In this document: piece by piece, positions 1 through 9,907 of the stretch
Numbering within the stretch: position 1 is the stretch's first letter
Layout of the letters: every line of letters begins with the position of its first letter
Source of the DNA: Alphaproteobacteria bacterium
GTDB taxonomy: Bacteria > Pseudomonadota > Alphaproteobacteria > Bin95
Direction: 5' to 3'
DNA length: 64,000 nucleotides
NCBI GenBank assembly: GCA_965205265.1
Contig: CBDBGH010000003.1
Location: 384,001 to 448,000, forward strand
Notes under the pieces: generated by a model
Told to the model about the DNA's origin: nothing
The model's input: only the letters and a program-made list of their open reading frames with translations
The model's database searches: none
Made by a program: the position numbers and the translations under genes

Positions 1-1668
1 AACCATGCCCGGGCCACCGGTCTCGCTCTGGTCGGCGGAAAGATGGAACGAGGTGCCGAGCAGGAACTCCCGGGCAGTCATGGTTTGTGTCTGCGCCTCG
101 CGGTCGTGCTCCCGCCAGTTTCGTTTGTTGTCGGCACCCAGCGCCGGCTCGAGCCATCCGCCGGCAGCAGCGGACTGCCCGCCGAGCGTCAGAGCCGGCT
201 TCCGACCGGCTGTTCCGTCGAGCCGTCCGATCACCGCTTCCACGGCCTGTCCTGCTATCGTCCGTCCGAACCGGGCTTGCCATGCCTCGAGAACCGGGCG
301 TCGGTCGAAGCCGATATCCGTCCGGGTCCTCCCTTCCCCCGACTCCGACCAGGCCCCGTCGCCCGCGGCATTGGACGCACGCACTTGCACCTGGTACGAC
401 GTACCCGGCCGAAGACCCCCGATAGAGGTGGAAAGGCCGCTTACGTCCTGCGGGCCGTCGGTCCAGCCGCCGCTCGACCCCGTCCGGTAGCGCAGATCGT
501 AGCTTGCGATTGCCGGGCCCGTATTCGACGGGGCGTCCCAACTCACGTCCAGGCCCGGCTTCGTGTTCGCCCTTTCCGTCACCCTCGGCGCCGCCGGCTT
601 GCCCGGCACCTCCGCCACGTCCGTCACCCGCACCGTCACCGTCACGTCCGTGTTCGACAGCCCGTCGCTCGCCCGCACCGTCAGCGTGAACGCCGACGCC
701 GGGGTCCCTAAGCCCTCGTAGTTCTCCCCGCTCCCCACATAGGTGAGAACGCCGCTCAGGGTGCCAAGCTCGAACTTGCTCTCCGTGTTCCCCGCCTGAA
801 TGCTGTAGCTCACTACGTCGCCGGGGTCCGCATCCGTCGCCTTCACCGTTCCCAGAGACAGCGCCGTCACGTTGCCGGCCGCATTCTCCGCAAGATCGAA
901 CGTATAGCTTGCTGCGTCGAAGGACGGCGCACTGTTCGCCGTCGTCGTCCCTTCCCCCGGATCCGACCAGGCCCCGTCGCCCGCGGCATTGGTCGCACGC
1001 ACTTGCACCTGGTACGACGTACCCGGCCGAAGACCCCCGATAGAGGTGGAAAGGCCGCTTACGTCCTGCGGGCCGCCGGTCCAGCCGCCGCTCGACCCCG
1101 TCCGGTAGCGCAGATCGTAGCTTGCGATTGCCGGGCCCGCATTCGACGGGGCCTCCCAACTCACGTCCAGGCCCGACTTCGTGTTCGCCCTTTCCGTCAC
1201 CCTCGGCGCCGCCGGCTTGCCCGGCACAGTCTGCGTGTTCGCCCTTTCCGTCACCTTCGGCGCTGCCGGCTTGTCCGGCATAGTCTGCCTCGTGCCAAGG
1301 TCAGGCGTCCGTGCCGGTTCGGAGCCGGACGACGACGGCGACCCTGTTGGTGGGGAATCCTGCCCATTGGTGGGACGGCACGGTTTGAATATGACTGGAT
1401 ACGTTCTCCAGAGAGGCTGCCAATCGGCATCGAACACGGTGCCCGCCGGGCACCCGTAGTTCTGGTCGTCGGCAGTGTCCGTTGCAGAAGCCGTCCCGCA
1501 CAGCAGCGCCGTCGAGACAAGGGCACTTGCGAGAATCGGGAAGAGCGCCCTGGCGACGGTCCATGCAGCCCCGGACAGAATTCCTGGAAAAGCTCGGAAA
1601 GAGAAGCGGAAACCCGGCCCGTCATATAGCCGTCGGCGTGAACCGCAAAGGACTGGCAGTCGATGCAT
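1..1668 (-). CDS. FN3-cadherin-FN3 surface protein, probable autotransporter (runs off left edge; absent from ORF track)
   Basis: Manual translation from ATG 1668 is open to base 1. It has a signal-like hydrophobic stretch, FN3 motifs (LDVSWEAPSN..YDLRYR..GLRPGTSYQVQVRATN..GAWS) twice, a cadherin motif (APSFDAASYTFDLAEN..ATDADPGD..LTVRASDG), then AWQARFGRTIA and REFLLGTSFHL, linker motifs I associate with autotransporter barrels. Confidence 0.85.
   Translation of the reverse strand, partial: MHRLPVLCGSRRRLYDGPGFRFSFRAFPGILSGAAWTVARALFPILASALVSTALLCGTASATDTADDQNYGCPAGTVFDADWQPLWRTYPVIFKPCRPTNGQDSPPTGSPSSSGSEPARTPDLGTRQTMPDKPAAPKVTERANTQTVPGKPAAPRVTERANTKSGLDVSWEAPSNAGPAIASYDLRYRTGSSGGWTGGPQDVSGLSTSIGGLRPGTSYQVQVRATNAAGDGAWSDPGEGTTTANSAPSFDAASYTFDLAENAAGNVTALSLGTVKATDADPGDVVSYSIQAGNTESKFELGTLSGVLTYVGSGENYEGLGTPASAFTLTVRASDGLSNTDVTVTVRVTDVAEVPGKPAAPRVTERANTKPGLDVSWDAPSNTGPAIASYDLRYRTGSSGGWTDGPQDVSGLSTSIGGLRPGTSYQVQVRASNAAGDGAWSESGEGRTRTDIGFDRRPVLEAWQARFGRTIAGQAVEAVIGRLDGTAGRKPALTLGGQSAAAGGWLEPALGADNKRNWREHDREAQTQTMTAREFLLGTSFHLSADQSETGGPGMV
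331..1227. repeat. Two near-identical 279-bp direct repeats (331-609, 949-1227) encoding the FN3 domains, plus a partial third copy at ~1235-1280
   Basis: Direct alignment at offset 618 with only scattered substitutions. Confidence 0.9.
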
Positions 1669-2311
1669 AACAGGGATTCCAATCTTGTAACCGTTTGGCT
1701 TCTGTACTTTTCGCCGCAACCCGATGGCTCCGTTCGATCCCCAGGCGAATGCTTGCGCGACGATGACGCGGTTGTGCGAGTTGAGGTCAGGGTTTCCGGT
1801 CCAGGTTGGGATCGAACCTGCGATCTCAAGATTATGGGGATCGAGGTCGATGCGGCATGCGGTGCCTCCAACACGACAATTGAGTGAATCGAGAGCGTTT
1901 TACGATCAACAATGAGGTGTTTGATTGCGGCATGGAAACCTCAAGGAACCAGCCAGCTCTGGGCAATAATCGGCGCATGGCGCTCAATTCTGGGCGCAAG
2001 CAAGCTAACGATGTCAACGTCACGGCCCGACGGCGCCCCCTAGCCCTCGTGCGCGGCTTCCGCCGCTCGCCCCTCTCCTCGAATCTGACCATGGGAGGCC
2101 GTGCGATGTCAATCCCGAATGTTGATTGAAGCGACGGAATTCAGCGGTTGCGGCCTCCTAAAGAATGGCGCTCCACCGTCGCCCCGGCCCCCCGAGCCGG
2201 GGCCTCGCGCCGCAAGGGATATTGCTCGCCGGGAGAGGTCCCGGATCGACGCTGACGCGCCGTCCGGGACGATGGAAAGGGCCTGGCGGTTCTTGCGCGT
2301 TGCCGCCGGTA

Positions 2312-2980
2312 TCACTCATCGTGGAAGCATACCCAGTCGGACAACGGCGCACGCTCGGTGCGCAGGGTGTTCTCGACGGCGTTCTCGTCCTCGTAGCCGA
2401 GCGCCATGCCGCAGACGACGACTTCCTCCTCCGGCATGCCGAGCACCTCGCGCACGACCTCGTGGTAAGGCATCCAGGCGACCTGGGGGCAGCTGTGCAG
2501 GCCGAAGGACCGCGCCGCCACCATGACATTCTCCAGGAACATGCCGTAATCGAGCCAGCTTCCGATCTCCAGCACGCGGTCCACGCTGAAGATGATGCCG
2601 ACCGGCGCGTCGAAGAACATCTGGTTGCGGGCGTGCTGGACGCGCATCTTGTCGGTCTCGCCGCGCTGGATGCCGAGCAGGCCGTAAAGGTCCCAGCCGA
2701 CCTTGCGGCGGCGCGACAGATAAGGCTCCGGGAAGCGGTCGGGATAGTATTTGTATTCGGCCTTCAGCGCCGCGCCGTTTGCGCCGGCGGCGAGCGCGGC
2801 CCGGACCAGCCGTTCGCGCGCCGCGCCGGTCACGACCCGCGCTTTCCAGGGCTGCATGTTGGTGCCGGAAGGCGCGCGGGCCGAGACCTCGAGAATCTCC
2901 CGGACGATTTCCGGCGGCACCGGGTCCGGCCTGAATGCGCGGACGGACCGGCGGGTGGCTATGGCTTCCAGGGCGTGCAC
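2312..2980 (-). CDS. Nitroreductase family protein
   Basis: EAIATRRSVRAF, APSGTNMQPW, GLHSCPQ, GMALGY motifs; GTG start chosen. Confidence 0.9.
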   Translation of the reverse strand: MHALEAIATRRSVRAFRPDPVPPEIVREILEVSARAPSGTNMQPWKARVVTGAARERLVRAALAAGANGAALKAEYKYYPDRFPEPYLSRRRKVGWDLYGLLGIQRGETDKMRVQHARNQMFFDAPVGIIFSVDRVLEIGSWLDYGMFLENVMVAARSFGLHSCPQVAWMPYHEVVREVLGMPEEEVVVCGMALGYEDENAVENTLRTERAPLSDWVCFHDE

Positions 2981-3828
2981 GCGGCGACCTCCATGGCAGG
3001 CAGGCTTTCGATGAGGATTCGGTTGACTTCGTCCGGCGCTTCGAAGGCGGCCCAGTGGCCGGCGCCGGCAACGATATGGAAGGGGCAGCCGGGCTGCAGC
3101 CTGTGGAACAGGTCCCGCCGCGTGTGCAGCAGGTCGCCGGCCGTGGCGTCGCGCTCGCCCCATATGCCCTGGATCGGTAGGCCGGCGGCGGCCATCTCGC
3201 CGAGCCTCTGCGCGAGGCTGTCCCCGGCCGGGATGCTGCCGGAGCGGATGCGCGCGCGGCGCGTATTGGCGTTCTGGAGTGCAAGCGCGGCGGCGTCGAT
3301 CCGTTCGGGATCGCCGAACATCTGGAGGCCGAGATTGTGGCGGTGGAGATCGAGGATTTCCGCCTCGCTCATGCCCCGGTTCGGCTTGCGCAAGGCGGCC
3401 TTCGCCGCCAGCGGCAGGCCGAGGGCGTTGGAGCCTATCGCGGTATAGCTGAGCACGCGCGGCATGGCGCGGACGGCGACATGGCCGCCGACAATGCCGC
3501 CGAAGGAAAAACCGACCAGATGGAACGGCTCCGGCGCAAGCCGCTCCAGCCCTTCCGCCAGAATGTCGGCGAGGCTGCCCGCGTCGAACGGCAGGGGCGG
3601 CAGGTCGCTCCCGCCCATGCCCGGCAGGTCGCAGGCCAGCACCCGGAAATGCGCGGCCAGCGCCTCGATATTGCGCAGCCAGTGGGTCCAGGAGCCGAAG
3701 GAGCCGTGCAGCAGCAGCACGGTCCGCCCGGCGCCCCATTCGCGCCAGACCATGCTGCCGTCGCCGCAGGGCGTCTCGTGGCGCCGGGCCGCGCGGTCGA
3801 GCCGGCCCTGGATTTCGGGCATCGTCAT
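2959..3828 (-). CDS. Alpha/beta fold hydrolase
   Basis: LLLHGSFGS, DLPGMGGS, GFSFGG nucleophile elbow, AGHW. Confidence 0.88.
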   Translation of the reverse strand: MTMPEIQGRLDRAARRHETPCGDGSMVWREWGAGRTVLLLHGSFGSWTHWLRNIEALAAHFRVLACDLPGMGGSDLPPLPFDAGSLADILAEGLERLAPEPFHLVGFSFGGIVGGHVAVRAMPRVLSYTAIGSNALGLPLAAKAALRKPNRGMSEAEILDLHRHNLGLQMFGDPERIDAAALALQNANTRRARIRSGSIPAGDSLAQRLGEMAAAGLPIQGIWGERDATAGDLLHTRRDLFHRLQPGCPFHIVAGAGHWAAFEAPDEVNRILIESLPAMEVAACTPWKP

Positions 3829-3888
3829 GCTTGGTTTCGAACGGGGCGATAGAGTAAGTTTCCACCGGAGTGATAGGGGAGGAAGGCC

Positions 3889-4734
3889 ATGAAGTCCAAC
3901 AGCATCGAGGTTCGGCCGGTAGCAGGCGCGCTCGGAGCGGAGGTCTGCGGCGTCGATCTCGGCGACGCGCTCTCGGACGAGCAGGTGGATACCCTGCGCC
4001 GGGCGTTCCTGGACCACCAGGTGATCTTCTTTCGCGGCCAGTCGCTCGACCCCGACAGTCACAAGGAGGTCGGCCGGCGTTTCGGCGACCTCAACATCCA
4101 CGGCTATTACGAATCGCTGCCGGGGCATCCGGAAATCCTGCCCGTGCTGAAGGAGCCCGAGGCGACCGGCAATATCGGCGGCGTCTGGCATTCCGATGTC
4201 ACCTACCTGCCGGCGCCGGCGCTGGGCTCGATCCTCTATGCGCTGGAAGTGCCGCCTGCGGGCGGCGACACCATGTTCGCCAGCCAGTATCTCGCCTGGG
4301 AAACGCTGTCGGACGGCATGAAGGAGATGCTGGAGGGGCTGCGCGCCATCCACAGTTCCGACATCTTCACGAACAAGGCCCGCCGCGACGCCGCCAATGC
4401 GATCCGCACCACCAAGCTCAACGAGGTGGACGAGACCATCGAGAGCAGCCATCCCGTCGTGCGCACCCATCCGGAAACCGGCCGCAAATGCCTGTTCGTC
4501 AACGGGGCGTTCACGCGGCGCATCGACGGCTGGACCGTGGAGGAAAGCCGGCCGCTGCTCGACTTCCTCTACCGGCAGGCCTCGCGGCCGGAGTTCACCT
4601 GCCGCTTCCGCTGGGAGGAGGGGTCGATCGCCTTCTGGGACAATCGCTGCACGCAGCATTACGCGCTCAACGACTACCAGGGCCACCGCCGCAGCATGCA
4701 CCGGGTGACGCTGGAAGGGGACAGGCCGGTCTGA
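3889..4734 (+). CDS. TauD/TfdA family 2-oxoglutarate-dependent dioxygenase
   Basis: WHSDVT, GGDTMFA, HPVVRTHPETG, WDNRCTQH motifs. Confidence 0.92.
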   Translation: MKSNSIEVRPVAGALGAEVCGVDLGDALSDEQVDTLRRAFLDHQVIFFRGQSLDPDSHKEVGRRFGDLNIHGYYESLPGHPEILPVLKEPEATGNIGGVWHSDVTYLPAPALGSILYALEVPPAGGDTMFASQYLAWETLSDGMKEMLEGLRAIHSSDIFTNKARRDAANAIRTTKLNEVDETIESSHPVVRTHPETGRKCLFVNGAFTRRIDGWTVEESRPLLDFLYRQASRPEFTCRFRWEEGSIAFWDNRCTQHYALNDYQGHRRSMHRVTLEGDRPV

Positions 4735-5423
4735 TGGAACTCGTCGATCTTTCCCGCGAGCTTTACCACCGCACCGCCCACCACCCCTCGCACCCGCCGG
4801 TGGTCGTGACGGTCTGGAACGACCATTCCGAGATCAAGTCGGCCGGCGGCTTCGACTTCACTTCGAAGTCCCTCACGATGTCGCTTTCGGACCATTCGGG
4901 TACCCATGTCGATGCCTTCTGCCATTTCGATCCCGACCCGGAGGCGGAGTCGATAGACCGGATGGCGCTCGAGCGCTTCTACACCTCCGCCATCTGCCTG
5001 GACCTCGGCGAGCCGCCGCCCCGCCATGCGGTGACCGTCCCGGAGATGGAGGCCGCGCTCGAAGCGTCCGGGGAAGAAATCCGCCAAGGAGACACGGTGC
5101 TGCTCGCCATGGGCGTGAACCGGCGCATGTTCGGCACGCCCGCCTACGGGCATGAGTTTCCCGGCCTCGCGACCGAGTCCGTCCACTGGCTCGCCGACAG
5201 GGGGATCGGCATGTTCGGCGTCGAGGCGGTGAGCCCCGCACCGGAAGGGGAACTCAATTTCCGCGCCCACCGCGCCTGCGCCGAGCGCCGGATCACCCAT
5301 ATGGAGTGCCTCGCCAACCTGGAGGCGGTGGTCGGGCGCGGGCGGTTCCGCTTCATCGGCTTCCCGCTCAGGATTCGCGGCGGCACCGGCAGCCCGATCC
5401 GCGCGGTGGCGGTGTTCGAATGA
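4734..5423 (+). CDS. Cyclase / kynurenine formamidase-like metal hydrolase
   Basis: HSGTHVDAFCHF and GGTGSPIRAVA motifs; start overlaps the upstream stop. Confidence 0.88.
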   Translation: MELVDLSRELYHRTAHHPSHPPVVVTVWNDHSEIKSAGGFDFTSKSLTMSLSDHSGTHVDAFCHFDPDPEAESIDRMALERFYTSAICLDLGEPPPRHAVTVPEMEAALEASGEEIRQGDTVLLAMGVNRRMFGTPAYGHEFPGLATESVHWLADRGIGMFGVEAVSPAPEGELNFRAHRACAERRITHMECLANLEAVVGRGRFRFIGFPLRIRGGTGSPIRAVAVFE

Positions 5424-6136
5424 GCGCCGTTCTCGCCCGGGGGCTGCTCGTTGCGGCCGGCCTGTTGGCCGCCGCCGCGGCATGGGCGGATGCCTCGAAG
5501 CCGGTGGTGGTCGAGCTCTTCACCTCGCAGGGCTGCTCCTCCTGCCCGCCGGCGGACCGCATCCTCGGCCATCTGGCGGACCGGGAGGATGTGGTCGCCC
5601 TCGGCTTCCATGTGAACTACTGGGACCGTCTCGGCTGGCCGGACCCCTTCGCGACCCAGGCCGGGACCGACCGGCAATACGCCTACAGCCCGGCTCTCGG
5701 CCGCCGCAATGTCTATACCCCGCAGATGGTGGTGGACGGGCGCTACGACGTGGTCGGCTTCGATGCGGAGCGGATCAAGCTGGCCATCGCCCAGGCGGAA
5801 GCCATGTCGGCATCGCGCCTTGCGGTCGGTCTCGAATGGCGCGGGTCCGGCCTTCTCACCTATTCGCTGCCGGCGGGCGAGGGCGAAGCGCGGGTCCATC
5901 TGGTGCGTTTCGCCCGCAAGCTCGACCAGGATATCGAGCGCGGCGAGAATGCCGGCCGGCACCTCAGCTACAGCAATGTCGTGCGCGAGATCGTGCAGAT
6001 CGCCGAATGGAACGGCCGGGCTGCGGAAGGCGAGATCGAGGTCGATACGGCGCAGGACGCGGCAGGCGGCGTTGCGCTGCTGGTCCAGGACCGCCGCACC
6101 CTGCGTATGCTGGGCGCAGCGAAGCTCGCCTTCTGA
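5420..6136 (+). CDS. DUF1223 thioredoxin-like secreted protein
   Basis: Signal peptide, then VVELFTSQGCSSCPPAD, HVNYWD and VYTPQMVVDG. Confidence 0.9.
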   Translation: MSAVLARGLLVAAGLLAAAAAWADASKPVVVELFTSQGCSSCPPADRILGHLADREDVVALGFHVNYWDRLGWPDPFATQAGTDRQYAYSPALGRRNVYTPQMVVDGRYDVVGFDAERIKLAIAQAEAMSASRLAVGLEWRGSGLLTYSLPAGEGEARVHLVRFARKLDQDIERGENAGRHLSYSNVVREIVQIAEWNGRAAEGEIEVDTAQDAAGGVALLVQDRRTLRMLGAAKLAF

Positions 6137-6173
6137 AGCGGCGAACCCGGCCGTTTCCGAGCCGCGCCGCTCC

Positions 6174-7943
6174 TCAATGCGAGTGGCGGGGCGGTTCGGC
6201 GGCGACGCGGTGGTAGCGGGTGGCGAACTCGAGGCAGCCGCCGTCCGCGAGCTGGCCCACATGGCTGCGGTAAAGCTCCTCCCAGGGCGTGTGGTTCTCC
6301 AGCGCCGGCGGGTCGTAGGCGGCGCGCCGCGCGGCCAGCACCTCCTCCGGCTGCAGGATATCGACGCGGCGCCTCGGCAGGTCCACACGAAGCCGGTCGC
6401 CTGTCTCCAGTATGGCGAGATTGCCGCCGACGGCGCTTTCCGGGCTCGCATTCAGGATCGAGGGGCTGCCCGAAGTGCCGGACTGCCGCCCGTCGCCGAT
6501 GGTCGGCAGCTCGGTGACGCCCGCGCGGATGAGCGCCGCCGGCGGCTGCATGTTGACCACTTCGGCCGAGCCCGGATAGCCGACCGGCCCCGCGCCGCGC
6601 ATCACCAGGATGGAGGTCGCGTCGACGCCGAGCGCCGGGTCGTCGAGCCGCGCGTGGTAGTCCTCCGGCCCGTCGAACACGATGGCCTTGCCCTCGAAGG
6701 CGTCCGGGTCGTCCGGGTTCGACAGGAAGCGCGCGCGGAATTCCTCGGAGATGACGCTCGTCTTCATCACCGCGGCGTCGAACAGGTTGCCGCCCATGAC
6801 GACGAAGCCGGCGCGCTCCTTCAGCGGCCGGCTCCAGGGGCGGATGACGTCCTCGTCGAGCGGGGCGGCGTCGCCGATGTTCTCGGCCGTCGTCCGGCCC
6901 GTGACGGTGAGCGCATCCGCGTTCAGCTTCCCGGCCCGCAACAGTTCGCCCATGACGGCGGGTACGCCGCCCGCGCGGTGGTAGTCCTCGGCCAGATAGC
7001 CGCCGGCCGGCTGGCAATTGACCAGCAGCGGAATGTCGTAACCGCAGTCCTGCCAGTCTTCCAGCTTGAGGTCCACGCCCATATGGCGCGCGATGGCGTT
7101 GATGTGGATCGGCGCATTGGTGGACCCGCCGATAGCGCTGTTGACGGCGATGGCGTTCTCGAAGGCCGCGCCGGTCAGGATGCGGTCGGGCGTCAGGTCC
7201 TCGTGGATCATCGCGACGATGCGCCGCCCGGTCTCGTAAGCGTATTGCGCGCGCTCCTTGTGCGGGGCGGGCGGGGCGGCCGAGCCCGGCAGGGACATGC
7301 CGAGCGCCTCGGCGAGCGAGTTCATCGTCGTGGCCGTGCCCATGGTGTTGCAGTGTCCGGGGCTCGGCGCGGAGGAGGCCACCATCTCGATGAACTCCTC
7401 ATAGCCGATCTCGCCCGCCGCCTGCAGCTTGCGCGCTTCCCAGACGATGGTGCCGGAGCCGACCCGCCGGCCCTTCCACCAGCCGTTGAACATCGGCCCG
7501 CCATTGAGCGAGATGGCCGGCAGGTTCGCGGTGGCCGCCGCCATGATCATCGCCGGCGTGGTCTTGTCGCAGCCCGTGGTCAGGATCACCCCGTCGATGG
7601 GGTAGCCGTGCAGCACCTCGACGAGGCCGAGATAGGCGAGGTTGCGGTCTATGGCGGCGGTCGGGCGCCGTCCGCTCTCCTGGATCGGATGGACCGGGAA
7701 CTCGATGGCGATGCCGCCCGCCTCGCGGATGCCGGCGCGCATGCGCTCGGCCAGCGTCTGGTGGATGCGATTGCAGGGCGAAAGGTCGGAGCCCGTCTGC
7801 GCGATGCCGACAATGGGCTTGCCGGACTGCAACTCCTCCCGCGTGATGCCGTAATTCATGTACCGCTCGATATACATGGCGGTCATGCCCGGATCGTGCG
7901 GATCGTTGAACCAATTCCGGCTGCGCAACTGCTTCCCGGCCAT
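6174..7943 (-). CDS. IlvD/Edd family dehydratase (sugar-acid dehydratase-like)
   Basis: PCN, GCDKTTP, CNTMGTA, GGSTNA and DGRQSGT motifs. Confidence 0.92.
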   Translation of the reverse strand: MAGKQLRSRNWFNDPHDPGMTAMYIERYMNYGITREELQSGKPIVGIAQTGSDLSPCNRIHQTLAERMRAGIREAGGIAIEFPVHPIQESGRRPTAAIDRNLAYLGLVEVLHGYPIDGVILTTGCDKTTPAMIMAAATANLPAISLNGGPMFNGWWKGRRVGSGTIVWEARKLQAAGEIGYEEFIEMVASSAPSPGHCNTMGTATTMNSLAEALGMSLPGSAAPPAPHKERAQYAYETGRRIVAMIHEDLTPDRILTGAAFENAIAVNSAIGGSTNAPIHINAIARHMGVDLKLEDWQDCGYDIPLLVNCQPAGGYLAEDYHRAGGVPAVMGELLRAGKLNADALTVTGRTTAENIGDAAPLDEDVIRPWSRPLKERAGFVVMGGNLFDAAVMKTSVISEEFRARFLSNPDDPDAFEGKAIVFDGPEDYHARLDDPALGVDATSILVMRGAGPVGYPGSAEVVNMQPPAALIRAGVTELPTIGDGRQSGTSGSPSILNASPESAVGGNLAILETGDRLRVDLPRRRVDILQPEEVLAARRAAYDPPALENHTPWEELYRSHVGQLADGGCLEFATRYHRVAAEPPRHSH

Positions 7944-8053
7944 GGCGCGGTCTCCCCTCTGCCTGTAGCCGGAAGCCTAGCGAAGCGTTTTGCCGCCGGG
8001 AAGCCGTGCGCTACACTCCGCGTCGGCTGCGCAGACGGGGTCCGGGAACGGTC

Positions 8054-8995
8054 ATGCAGGGAATGCGGATAACGGTGTTCGGCGGCGCCGGGTTCGTCGG
8101 GCGCTATATCGTCAAGCGGCTTGCGGCGGCCGGCGCCGGCGTCCGGGTCGCCTGCCGGGACCCGGAACGGGCGAAGTTCCTGAAGCCCGCAGGCGGCGTC
8201 GGCCAGGTCGTGCCGGTGCAGGCCAATCTGCGCTATCCGGACAGCGTGCGCGCGGCGGTCGAAGGCGTCGATGCGGTCGTCAATTGCGTGGGCGTTCTGG
8301 TCAGCCGGGGGCCGCAATCCTTCGGCGCGATCCATGTCGCCGGGGCGGGAGCGGTCGCCGCCGCCGCTGCCGAGGCGGGCGTGCGCCAACTCGTGCATAT
8401 CTCCGCCATCGGGGCGGATGCGGAGTCGACGGCGGCATATGCCCGCTCCAAGGCCGCCGGCGAAGCTGCGGTGCGCGAGGCCTTTCCGGATGCGGCGATC
8501 CTGAGGCCGAGCCTCATCGTCGGACCGGAGGACGACTTCTTCAACCGCTTCGCGCTCCTGGCCCGGCTGCTTCCCGCGCTGCCGCTCGTCGGAGGCGGCT
8601 TCACGCGCTTCCAGCCGGCCTATGTGGGCGATGCGGCCGATGCGGCGGTCGCCGCGCTCGACCGGGCGGGCGGCGTGTTCGAGCTCGGCGGCCCGAAGGT
8701 CTATTCCTTCAGGCAATTGATGGAATTGCTGCTGGAGGAAATCGGCCGCAAGCGCCTGCTGGTGCCGGTGCCGTTCCCCATCATGCAGGCCAAGGCCGCC
8801 TTCATCCAGTTCGTACCGGGCGCGCCGATCACGCCGGACCAGGTCGAATCGCTCAAATACGACAATGTCGTGTCCGAGGGCGCGGCCGGCTTCGCCGAAC
8901 TCGGCATCGAGCCGACGGACATCGAAACCGTCATCCCGACCTATCTCGACCGCTTCCGCGTCCGGGGCCGCTTCGCCGGGCGCGATCCGGCCTGA
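8054..8995 (+). CDS. Complex I NDUFA9-family NAD-dependent epimerase/dehydratase
   Basis: VFGGAGFVG Rossmann motif, SAIGAD, YARSKAAGE, TRFQPAYVGD. Confidence 0.9.
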   Translation: MQGMRITVFGGAGFVGRYIVKRLAAAGAGVRVACRDPERAKFLKPAGGVGQVVPVQANLRYPDSVRAAVEGVDAVVNCVGVLVSRGPQSFGAIHVAGAGAVAAAAAEAGVRQLVHISAIGADAESTAAYARSKAAGEAAVREAFPDAAILRPSLIVGPEDDFFNRFALLARLLPALPLVGGGFTRFQPAYVGDAADAAVAALDRAGGVFELGGPKVYSFRQLMELLLEEIGRKRLLVPVPFPIMQAKAAFIQFVPGAPITPDQVESLKYDNVVSEGAAGFAELGIEPTDIETVIPTYLDRFRVRGRFAGRDPA

Positions 8996-9064
8996 CAGAG
9001 CGGGCGGCAACCCGGGCCCGCCGGAGGGCGCGAGGCGGGCGCCATCGCGGCCGCGCTTCTGGCG

Positions 9065-9892
9065 ATGGTGTTCTGGGGCGCATGGTTTCCGCTGTCCCGG
9101 CTTTCCGTCACCGAGTCCATTACGCCCGAGGACCTGGCGATCCTCCGGGTCGGCCTGCCGGGCCTGCTGCTGCTGCCGGTGGCGCTGAAGCTCGGCTTCA
9201 AGGCCGGCAAGGCCGGATGGTGGGGAACCGCGGCGATGGCGGGGACCATCGGCATTCCCTTCGCGCTGGTGCTGGGCACGGGCCTCCTCCATGCGCCGGC
9301 CGCGCACGCCGCGATCTTCATTCCCGGCGCCTTCCCGGCGCTGACGGCGCTGCTGGGCATCCTGCTGCTGCGCGAGCGGGCCGGCGCGCTCAGGCTGGCC
9401 GGCGTCGGGCTGACCGTGGCCGGGGTCGGGCTCACCGCCCTCTCCGCGCTGCAGGGCGCGCCGCCGGGCGGCCTCGGCGGCTATGCGCTGTTCCATCTGG
9501 GCGCGTGGATGTGGGCCATCTACACGGTGACGGCGCGCCGGGCCGAGGTCTCGCCGCTGCACGCCGCCGCGATCCTCTCCACCGTATCGACGGCCGCCTT
9601 CCTGCCGCTCTTCCTGCTGTTCGGGGAAAGCCGGCTGCTGGAGATACCCTTCGCCTCCCTGGCGTGGCAGGCCTTCGTCCACGGCATTCTGGGCGGCATC
9701 GTCTCGATCTGGCTCTACAGCTACGCCATCGGCGTGCTGGGCGCGGGCCGCACCGGCGTCTTCGCGGGTCTGGTGCCGGGGCTCGGCGCGCTGTTCTCCG
9801 CGCTGCTGCTCGGCGAGAGCCTCGCCTGGCCGGAACTGGCGGGCCTGGCCGTCGTCACGGCCGGCATCGTGATGGTGCAGGCGGGGCGGTAG
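9065..9892 (+). CDS. DMT/EamA family transporter (start may lie slightly upstream)
   Basis: About 10 hydrophobic segments with two LLRE/LLGE repeats. Confidence 0.85.
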   Translation: MVFWGAWFPLSRLSVTESITPEDLAILRVGLPGLLLLPVALKLGFKAGKAGWWGTAAMAGTIGIPFALVLGTGLLHAPAAHAAIFIPGAFPALTALLGILLLRERAGALRLAGVGLTVAGVGLTALSALQGAPPGGLGGYALFHLGAWMWAIYTVTARRAEVSPLHAAAILSTVSTAAFLPLFLLFGESRLLEIPFASLAWQAFVHGILGGIVSIWLYSYAIGVLGAGRTGVFAGLVPGLGALFSALLLGESLAWPELAGLAVVTAGIVMVQAGR

Positions 9893-9907
9893 GCCGGGCG
9901 CGCCTGC

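Noticed and set aside
331-1227. DGR-like template/variable repeat pair
   Set aside because: Both copies are in-frame domains of one gene, the differences are not adenine-specific, and no reverse transcriptase is in the window.
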